DNA of 64,000 nt from a virus: positions 73,504-137,503 of IMG/VR virus record IMGVR_UViG_3300009068_000024, one strand, 5' to 3'. Below the pieces are notes generated by a model. That model had not been told where the DNA came from, did not search any database, and saw only the letters and a program-made list of their open reading frames with translations. Position numbers and translations under genes: made by a program. Positions 9,001 to 15,300 of the stretch are shown here, piece after piece (position 1 is the first letter of the stretch; each line of letters opens with the position of its first letter).

Positions 9001-11698
9001 TGAATGGCTACCGGCTAGCGTTAATGAGGATAAGTTAACTAACCTTGAAAGACTTTCCATACATATGTGGTATATGGATGTTATGACTAATGGAGGAGCT
9101 TCTAATGCAACTCTCACCTCTAAAGCAGCTGATTATCTGACTAAATATGTTATCCCTCTTATTGATAGACATAAAGAAGAGTTTATGCTTCTCCCTAACC
9201 ATGACATTTATATCAACAAAGACAATAATGCCGCTATTAAAGTTCTTAGATTTATAACTAATCCAACTAAGAAAAATGGAAAAACTAACGTAAATACTGA
9301 CTATAGGGCAGCCTCTGCTGCTGGAGTAGCTAAATTTGCAAATAAACTTTCAAAAGTTTTAGCTAAAACAAGATTTAAATTCCCTGTCAAAGAACTTCAG
9401 GTAATAATTACTCACCCTAATATTGAAGATTTCTTTAAGAGAATAGATAATGGTGATGGAACTCATAGGCAAAGATTAGCTGGAATAGCTTTCCCTAACC
9501 TCTTTATTCATGGTCAGATTTTAAACGAAGACGATAAAGCTCCTAGTCGTAAACTTACCGAAAACCCTAGACCGGATGCTACCGATTTAGAGGCCACCAT
9601 TGCTCACGAAATAGGTCATATTCTCCACCAAAAAGGTATCATCAATACAGCTGATCCAGCTACAAAAGACACTATTCGTAGATTTATGAATGAATACCCT
9701 CTAACCGATTATGCAAATACAGACGAAGACGAGTATTTAGCTGAGGCATATGCTGGAATGATGTTGTCTGAAGATGGCATTGGCCGATACAAAGAAGTTG
9801 CTGATTGGATTAATAACCAGATCGACACTGTTGATGAAAGAAAAGAAAAAGCTGCTATAGATCTTCTTAAGACTATGCTAGATAAACTTGGTATTCCAGG
9901 TAGCAGCAAGCCTAGCCAAAATAGGGAAGGTTCTAGAGAACAGATTATTGCGTCTGCTGCAAAAGACATTGCTTCTAGCGGAATAGGTTTTGTGCCTGGA
10001 AAAGTTAAAAATGATATAAGCATAGCAACTGACGGTCCTGTAATAAATATCGAAGGATCTCCTAAAAAAGATGCAGTAGCTCCATCTGATCAGGCTACCG
10101 CTATTAAAAATGAAATAATCGATCTAGGACATATGATTCTAGATGATGCTAGAGCTATTTCAGATGAGCAAGCTAGATCTGAAGGTCTTATCCCTGAAGG
10201 ATTTACTGCTGAAGAATATAGAAAAAAACTAAAGAATGATGCTAGAACTGCAGAACTAAATATACTTATAGCAGAAAGTAAGTTTAAGGCTATGTCTCAG
10301 GATCTTATGAGAAATGCTTTTAATAGACTTTCTTACGAAGATAAAGAAGAGGTTTTCCAAAGCTTCAAAAAAGAAAATTCTAAAAATAGCATATTGTCAG
10401 GTAAAGATAAAAATACTTTTGATGCAGAAGAAACTTTTAATATGCTTCTAGTCGAGTATGGTGATGATCTTTCTCATAAGCTTGCTTACGATTACAGTAC
10501 TCGATATCCAGAGTTTACTTTTGATACCGGTAAAACTGTACTACAAAGAACTAGAAACAGGAGCGGAAAACTAACTAAAGAAGTAGAAGAAAGAAAGACT
10601 TTAGTAGACGTTACTTGGGCACATGAGGGACCTGACACTATTCTAAGTATGCTTACCAAGTGGGCAATTCAAACAGGCAAAATTGACATGTCAGATTTTG
10701 CTCAAAAAGCAGCTGAGATAAAAGAGCTAAGAGATCAGCTCAGAACTTCTCCAAAAGCAGAAGATTTTGTAGAAAAGTATCACTCTATAATTGGTAAAAA
10801 TATTAAATCTCAGATGGAAAAAGCGGGAGTTGAATTTGACTCGGTGCCTGCACATGAGTTTTTTAATCAGTATAAGGACTACAAATATGTTAATAGTAAT
10901 GAAAAATTCCAGGATATTAGAATAGATAGAAATAAGAACCTTATTAAAAATCTAGAAGAAACTCTTAGTTTTATTCCTAAAGATATTATTCTAGCTGGAA
11001 TGGAATATCTAGCTAATACTGGTGGAAAACTTGGGGTTCAAATTTCCGACGCACGTGCGCAATTTAAACAGCACTGGAAAAATAAAAATTTAATAAATTC
11101 ATTGAGATGGAAAAAAGAGCAGGGAGATGGAGGATTCTTCCGTGGGAGATCAACTGACGACTACCTACACGAAGTTTGGCATTTCTTCCAGATGATCAAC
11201 CATGATATTGCAGCTTTAGAGCACGCTTTCTCTTATGACAGAATTAAAGCATCTGACAACACTAATATCATTCCGTCAATGGAACTTTATGGAAATTGGG
11301 TAGAAGAATCCTTCTCCGGGGCAAAGGTGGCAGATCCTTATACTGTGAAGGTATATCCTCGTTCAACCAGTAAGTTTACTACCTTCAGTCCGAACAACCA
11401 CAGTGCCGAAGTTATAACTACTACAATGCAGGATCTATTTACTTCTCCTGGTAGCTTCTCTACTCCTAAGGGAGTTACGGTTAAAACTGGAAAAGGCAAA
11501 AATACTACGTTGTTTAGCGATGCTCATATGGATATAGCTACTGGCATTTGGTATACTGATGCCACCATGACAACTAAAATTGACCCTAAGCTGATCACTG
11601 GAATTGAAGGACTAGATCCTTCGAATGACACTGACTGGGATCTAAAAGCTTTTGGAATCGGTCTACTGATGTCGCTATTGAACTGGGAGAATAAGTAA
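2..11698 (+). CDS. Giant multi-domain (polyvalent-type) virion-associated protein, 5'-truncated: 2x ADP-ribosyltransferase-like, 3x GNAT-like, ParB/Srx-like, 2x HExxH zincin-like domains
   Basis: The frame is open from base 2 (GGYYDNVFVNDEEF...), so the ORF-track start at 305 is not the true start. Motifs: LYRG..SSWS..ExEV twice, RRGLATA three times, EGNHRVEAA, HEIGH..EYLAEAY, HEVWH. Lies just upstream of the prohead protease and capsid genes. Confidence 0.85.
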   Translation, partial: GGYYDNVFVNDEEFLDKFGGITGLARYSDENSNVKPAAEPVAEAQVEEEPKELTEEERQANRDAWTEAGKLYREYKAASRAKNKKREAKRLRQELEQFPVVVLHEKLRELRDILDNTRNSSTDENERKAASKRAAEVTDAMKQLNVLTNEGMKEGSVKPTDPLKFNFDDLFKEVEAQDGISESDVEEAAEEPEVVEEPAAEPTEEPKKNVIETAGGVLDFDALSPMQLGKIKAHLDKKVRWNGEVMTYHELYSRFAIGRHKSQNLKDVDYVKGESVKSWGPIKYFLFVDENGGMIDVPKMVYDAFKPNSDDPKLDSDATAPVQEAEMAERQRKWDEQAKAKAEAEAAKPAEEKPEEPVEAKPEEPAAAPATPVETPKDLGPVQITKDTAKQYLAEKVDVGWTIYGPDGYALGVVVKKDTLGRVVQLTVRGPNGKETTYNFNMLTKLNAFSPKDKKDIEKANKAKPAQPKPEPKPEVVEEPTSEEAPDKISREDGYRLFNAVKEVYDFIHRMKRTDDPDAAKKDANDKVNQLAKILNPEDVDDFIRYVNAINKEPALIMSSIDYQKNFSDYLDKYASGQGVANNPIYRSADGKEIKEGDFLMVVGADGALKKIQLRIFRRPNPRALSDKTDFIETGYYLEFYRDKDPRIVRIGDPKESYSLDKVFHSQNEAEIRNFILNGRKSESTPATAAPIEFIPSSKIRGLQAGDLFYIYEAGNGYAKQYIVGSNGESVYEAVNGELPGGAEENVIRPDDLDSIAERVATGSGEEVYRGLIPTDENGNPLSARQHKARLESAATSAPEIKPETKPEPEASKSYNKDLENDLAVFKNVLENAIENFRNQPGADKNIYKAAAKELYNELKKLNSLYEDSTTSGDDLEQIRNVYDDKIRDLGDVQSAKEKSNPSQNREGDQRNITQDTDQVSIAAIADALANGDINNVNSNEDPSDIFASKTNFGVSMLLKQVTAMRLLNYMPDAKFDDLLKASIEVDTHPLFRQGGGLAIYYMDFNSGQASYSPLPGQRNPVWIYNALNADMSDIKEGTELLVTDANGSDSLSNVSIITVNKELLNSVLKTMGDTNSNSIVRFINDELFLRVHSSSSQEDVDDIKKIMISHLIHSWAISSNDRSLKSHALQSLAREIFAMDSNSTAGWNFTSNLADSDLDMYRDRGYIPYEVKDLVDFNNYLKGFIDQEINDHRTVYAQFLHAMYNATQDLLKDQGIDGFVLYRGTTSKELTETSQSLGSTGIFRSNVKQRPMSSWSTDIYQAGSFASRASGKDTIVMATVIPADKIISFSGSGFGSYDEREVVVLGGEIREAFAISHGYPGVVDQSLQNLKTEVVDQLANSRKVLDTDRASGQQVVQEQSKPSQNRENTINIDDNDGNSDWIKTVGWDLPINVDNFLKMFNDREHLSNFMSKPTAEGMPEEMLRNLWPAADKYFDKIESAPKEEEPKYLPEPFDPRNPQIDLDEYYNYDYTRMPDGTPFNSEDQQQMDAVERKLKNILKGSDGYVNPSALKNTKNFRRTIYQQIIAKPNENSSTTRESILKQIEFSDKPAVEYYDETSGVNYIRYVDTFTDKYGRKYYLSTNIDKSSGRQTVIAYDAQNYENMALPEDYVRNDQPVSGISDVGVLRSSVYEDPSKSEIQSALVSYNYQRRGLATAMVAALEKRIGMPVVHSEHLSTMGFAFSNSIDPGKPELHNNEKSIKLQEDNAPSQNREGFFKRNKAKKEPFDPTDPTVDLEKYYNYDYTKLPDGTPFSVYQQQQMDILKDAIDNETDNFERKLRIDERRRIYQGYTAKPNLKSGTNLESIENQVGLLDENTSRMSYSGAGKPYADLSPEYKQSTQYIDEFTDKYGRQYWVVTKVVNGLGMSNVKIYDKSKNSVQDLQDNSEDRTPVSMLDVFNNKISMVYTSDRYLRRGLATAALYLARKRSGKEVQHSEMLTNFGRAFSLSVDPNPDLHRNSESKDALSNNQPSQNREREYLPEPFDPSDRKIDMDIIYNYDYTKLPDGTPFNDKQQKAMDHENKILEEAIASGDESKIRAAKISRRHTYNTFITVANPDSKTNTETIADQITLGKSKPKKFTGFVRYTDNFTDKYGRKYVMFTDIRTDDKGDNSAIVTVHDMKSMFLEKIFVPEGMENVDQFGGKSLHSAALKVVDDNRKDPDAAAYIGMVLTDDAYRRRGLATAMLYLARKHYSKPVNHSSTLTMYGKAFSNSVDAGKPDVHDSLESKQLQIDLLKEKGLPVEESELDGDEIDYGPSQNREGTSEPSILNEYREVIPLNNSYRDKNDPNLDITEWTGEGVKIYGIGNGGNPLGYVKTEKLATMKGNLADMESSTSSIARDLEDGTGYLEPVLVWYNPLTGKAFIAEGNHRVEAARIAGREYVPVVVGVSTVKFKNPTKMERAGGVGDAFLNKDGSLDNFENVKDGSLINPYHLFNDEDLLYPKTNLDSSNVSGLTDVLKIQSDLLDELMAEKKEPGPNDIVYWHDPDSFNANSSIGHMGHASEKLKSITAKNISENMLSSAKDMLDAVHYAITLSEAVRNRIGSITSDTSEIAKKAMQTRVDSLNRDSIVLIIDDSYDSPYEGLRLETLGEILDNVDPHEEGAYGDKYDDQSIDYKALLNDYYDDWDRKTLFFDNPKDMEALKEKVASILVSQWAETSNGNDMVSHALQMAATEVFKMPNGSWAEWRFPKGQYGDQIKENAEYHYGIYGTVLKDFLKTMYDLTQDRFKNYGIKYLTLYRGTGVDEEALKMNIDVERYGVGDIEVLQRPMSSWSWLNGSAFQFATSRIKHRAGMFMGAIIPVDQVLSIPGTGFGCFEEAEVVLLAGKNRLVRAVISDDSHKVLDQKTFIAENVDKILSYLSDELPKDKNAFYNLIEFNSSSFNDSKPSQNRENKSVDIDSSTENSDWIKPFRWDLTTNVKSFLNKFKTKKDVKDFMELPAAEAIPEDLKKELDAKESSLPEDSSESGEKDTPISLQELHRTFITSILMGAGDQRTRPIPGIGPEWLPASVNEDKLTNLERLSIHMWYMDVMTNGGASNATLTSKAADYLTKYVIPLIDRHKEEFMLLPNHDIYINKDNNAAIKVLRFITNPTKKNGKTNVNTDYRAASAAGVAKFANKLSKVLAKTRFKFPVKELQVIITHPNIEDFFKRIDNGDGTHRQRLAGIAFPNLFIHGQILNEDDKAPSRKLTENPRPDATDLEATIAHEIGHILHQKGIINTADPATKDTIRRFMNEYPLTDYANTDEDEYLAEAYAGMMLSEDGIGRYKEVADWINNQIDTVDERKEKAAIDLLKTMLDKLGIPGSSKPSQNREGSREQIIASAAKDIASSGIGFVPGKVKNDISIATDGPVINIEGSPKKDAVAPSDQATAIKNEIIDLGHMILDDARAISDEQARSEGLIPEGFTAEEYRKKLKNDARTAELNILIAESKFKAMSQDLMRNAFNRLSYEDKEEVFQSFKKENSKNSILSGKDKNTFDAEETFNMLLVEYGDDLSHKLAYDYSTRYPEFTFDTGKTVLQRTRNRSGKLTKEVEERKTLVDVTWAHEGPDTILSMLTKWAIQTGKIDMSDFAQKAAEIKELRDQLRTSPKAEDFVEKYHSIIGKNIKSQMEKAGVEFDSVPAHEFFNQYKDYKYVNSNEKFQDIRIDRNKNLIKNLEETLSFIPKDIILAGMEYLANTGGKLGVQISDARAQFKQHWKNKNLINSLRWKKEQGDGGFFRGRSTDDYLHEVWHFFQMINHDIAALEHAFSYDRIKASDNTNIIPSMELYGNWVEESFSGAKVADPYTVKVYPRSTSKFTTFSPNNHSAEVITTTMQDLFTSPGSFSTPKGVTVKTGKGKNTTLFSDAHMDIATGIWYTDATMTTKIDPKLITGIEGLDPSNDTDWDLKAFGIGLLMSLLNWENK
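2705..9928 (+). repeat. Seven dispersed copies of an 18-nt unit encoding PSQNRE
   Basis: Copies at 2705, 4088, 5123, 5906, 6761, 8651 and 9911, all in frame. The peptide is identical while codons differ. Confidence 0.97.
4343..6700 (+). repeat. Three diverged tandem ~250-aa GNAT-containing modules
   Basis: Each has EPFDP..D...YNYDYT(K/R)(L/M)PDGTPF..QQ..MD, then Y.D.FTDKYGR.Y, then RRGLATA (4949, 5735, 6527), then V.HS..L...G.AFS.S.D. Confidence 0.9.
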
Positions 11699-11700
11699 TC

Positions 11701-12072
11701 GTGGATGAAGAACTAGAATACCCGTATGATGAATGGTCTGAAATTTGGAACTTCATTATAGAAGGAGTAGAGATAACCTGGACTCCTCGTCCCCCATACC
11801 TTATAGGGAATGGATCAGATGATGGCGATCACATAATTTTTCAGATAGAGCAATTTATAGATTCCATAAGATCCAAATCAGACGGCACTTTTCTTATCCC
11901 ACCGTCTGGTCCAGAGTTGCTTAAAAGCATAAGTTCAGCCTATACGGTTCTTTTTGCTATAGCTTCTATATATGGACTAGATCCAGAGATAGTATCTTTT
12001 TCCGATAATGCTCCAAAGTGGTCAGACCTAGACCCAAAAGATGACGATGAAGAAGACTATTCAGTCAACTAA
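11701..12072 (+). CDS. Small acidic hypothetical protein coupled to the giant gene
   Basis: GTG start 2 nt after the giant ORF stop, GGGAGA upstream; 123 aa. Confidence 0.7.
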   Translation: MDEELEYPYDEWSEIWNFIIEGVEITWTPRPPYLIGNGSDDGDHIIFQIEQFIDSIRSKSDGTFLIPPSGPELLKSISSAYTVLFAIASIYGLDPEIVSFSDNAPKWSDLDPKDDDEEDYSVN

Positions 12073-12120
12073 TAGATTGTAAATAGACTATATAATAATA
12101 GTTAGAATAGAAGGTATTTA

Positions 12121-12315
12121 ATGAGCATTGATAATATTGTGCAAATAGTAACGGACACATTTGATCCTGAGCAGAAGCCAGAAACTATCTATATCAATTT
12201 AAAAACTGCAACTTTGGAAGAGCTTAAACCATACATTGGTTTAAACGACAAAATCCGAGATGCTTACGGTAGAAAATTCATTGAAGAAATGAACCGTAAA
12301 AAAGACACTAAATAA
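12121..12315 (+). CDS. Hypothetical protein
   Basis: 64-aa ORF with GAAGG upstream that fills the intergenic gap. Confidence 0.65.
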   Translation: MSIDNIVQIVTDTFDPEQKPETIYINLKTATLEELKPYIGLNDKIRDAYGRKFIEEMNRKKDTK

Positions 12316-12321
12316 TAGTAC

Positions 12322-12333
12322 TGATAGAATAGA
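12322..12333 (+). promoter_or_regulatory. Extended -10 promoter candidate (TGATAGAAT) upstream of the protease gene
   Basis: TGnTAGAAT match in intergenic DNA; TAGAATAGA recurs at 12103 and 31215. Confidence 0.5.
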
Positions 12334-12398
12334 ACTGCGTACAAGCGTTATATTTGCCTACGCTGACGTTACCATCCATTATGGAGGATTTTACTTAG

Positions 12399-15300
12399 AT
12401 GTTTGAATCGGAAAACGCCCCCACATTTTCTGGTAGGGATGGGTCATTGGCTCTATTTACCTACGAAAACCGCGGTGTTGTAATTGATACAGATGTCAAT
12501 CTTGTAGTTCAGATTGGACTCTCTGAAGCCCTTTCCTCCTCTAAAGACTGGGAACTTTCTGAAGAAGAGTTCTCTTCTAACGTTCTAGAATTAGTGTCCG
12601 GAGCTCTATCAGATCTTGACATGAAGATCCTTGCCTCAGCTAATAGACTTTACACTATCCCAAAGGGTGCCCAGGCAGAGGCCAAAAAAGCACTTGAGTG
12701 GCATAAAGAACACCACCGTGGCGGTACACCTGTTGGCATGAACACTGCTCGTATCCTTGCTAAGGGTGGACAGATCGGACTGCAAAAGGTTCGCCACATT
12801 GCTAAATACTTCCCTCGTCACGAAGTTGACAAAAAGGGTAAGGGTTGGAAGCCTGGAGAAGACGGCTTCCCAAGCAACGGACGAATCGCGTGGGCCTTGT
12901 GGGGTGGAGACACCGCATGGCGTTGGGCTCAAGCTATCGTTGAACGTGAGAATAAAGCTCTGACTGCTGACGCATATGCCGAATCCGAGTTGACTTCTTA
13001 TCTTCCAGAACGTAATTATGATTCCGATCTAGAAGACTTCACTAAGTCTATGTATTTAGATCCTCTCTCAGCTCCAGACTTTATTGCCAGAGTAAGAATG
13101 GATGGCTCTGGTATTGATCGCCTATATAAAGTAGTACAAACTGGCGACGTCTACGTTTGGGATGACGGTCAGTGGGACAACATTGGTAATATGAATGGGA
13201 CTATTTGGGATTATGACCGTGAGCTTGATGCTGACTATGACAATGTAGATAAGACTCACATATCTATCGATCCAGACTCTGCAATTATTATATCAGCTAG
13301 ACTTCAACAAAACCCATACAAATGCGTATCAATTTCTGACATTGATTTTGATGAAGCTATGCTTGCAGCAGAGGCCTACCGGGAATTAGACCTGGTTGCT
13401 ATAGATAGATCTCTTATTGCTGCTGGAGAAGATCCAATTGGATCTGACGGATATACTCCAGAAGAACGCGCTCAGAATGCACAACGCCAGTCTAGAGACT
13501 ACGGAGGCAAGTTCGCTCCTCAGGGTGGTAGCGCTCCAAGTGGTGCAACCGAGGAACAAAAAGCTATTGCCGAAAGAACTAAGTATAAAACTCCACCTCT
13601 AGGAGATTATTCTCATCCTCTAGACACATCAGGTATTCTTGGACGTCCGCGCTCACCGATTGATAAGCCTCAGGCTCACATCAAGGGTGATCTTCCTGCA
13701 ATGACTTCTAACGATCTACACAACCTTCTTTACGATTGGGCCGGTTGGGTAGACTCTCAGCGTGCTGCAGCCGGAGAAGGTCCTGCTCACGGTATCCAGA
13801 GTTCAGCGGCTAATGAATCTGAAGTACAAGAAAGTAGCGATGTTTTAGCGTACGACCACCCGCTTCTACAAAAATGGATTAAGTCTGTAAACGAACCTAA
13901 AAAGACTCAGTCAGAAAATGAAGATGATTCTTGGGCCAAGCCTGTAGTTGCTGCTACTGAAGCTGCACCTAAGGAAAAAGGCGTAGAGATGACTCCAAAG
14001 ACATCTGACGTCAAGCCTATCTACCTCGCTGTAGTTGCTCAGGATGATCCTCGTGCAGTTTTAAACCTAGTAGCTATTGTTCCAGAAAGTTCTACATCAC
14101 CTAAGCCTATGACTTACGTTCGCAAAGAAGGTAAGTGGGTCCGCGATCCTAGCGTTTTAAATGATTTTAAGTCGGCTACTCCACCGCCAGTAGTTCCTCT
14201 AGATAAAGCAACTTTAAATGACGTTCTTCTTCAAGTTGATGAATCTTCTAAGCCTGTTACTGCTTCAGTTCTTATGGATATTGATCATTTGCTAACTGTT
14301 TTGTGGGGGCCTGATCCTCTAATTTCTGCCGGTGGGCTTGATCGTAACAAGGGTAAGGCAGAAGAACTTCGTCACTATTGGACAGTCGGTAAGGGCGGTC
14401 TAAAGATTAGATGGGGTACTGGAGGAGATTGGACTCGTTGTGTACGTCACCTAGGTAAGTACCTTGGGCCACGTGCCAAGGGTTACTGTGCCCTACGTCA
14501 CAAAGAAGTTACTGGCATGTGGACCGGTGACAAAAAGCACCGTCAGATCTATGGCCACAAGCGTGGTGGAAGAAATGTCTTTAGCACAGAGTTAATCGAA
14601 TCCACAGACAATATTATTGTTAAATCTGAAGTACTAGCTAGAGCAGCTGATGCAAAACTTAGAGTTGGGCTTACAGCTGCTTCCGGACTTGTTACCGAAG
14701 GTTTTAAGTTTAAAATTCCTTTAGTTATTCCTGAAGAAATGGAATCTGGAGATGGACGTTCGTTTATTCGTGGTGCTTTATCTATTCGTGAACTTCCACT
14801 GCCGCTGCTGTGGCAGATGAAAACTGCAGAAGGTCATATGGGATCTGTAGTCGTTGGACGTATTGACCACATGGAACGCACTTCTCAGGGTATTGGAAAT
14901 GCTTATGGAGTATTTGATACTAGCCCGTATGGTAAAGAAGCGCAAAGACTTATTCAACATGGATTTATAAAAGGTGTGTCAGCTGATTTAGATCAGTTTG
15001 AGGCAAAAGAGATCAAGCCAGAAGCTTCTGGAGATAGCGAAGATCCAGGAAAGAGCAAACTTTCTATAAATAAAGCACGCGTAATGGCTGTTACAATTGT
15101 ACCTAAGCCAGCATTTCAAGAATGCAAAATATTAATTGAAAACCCAACAAACATCCAACAGGAGGATACTATGATTGCCGATGGCATCTACCAAGATGAC
15201 TCGGACGCAGCCAATGTTCAAGCACTAATTGCTTGTGGCATTATTGCCGGTGCGATCCCAGTCGTTCCGCCTACTGAATGGTTTGACAACCCGAATCTAA

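Noticed and set aside
2705-9928. PSQNRE units as a DNA-level repeat (CRISPR-like array or recombination site)
   Set aside because: Spacing is 0.8-1.9 kb and nucleotides vary at synonymous positions, so the constraint is on the peptide.
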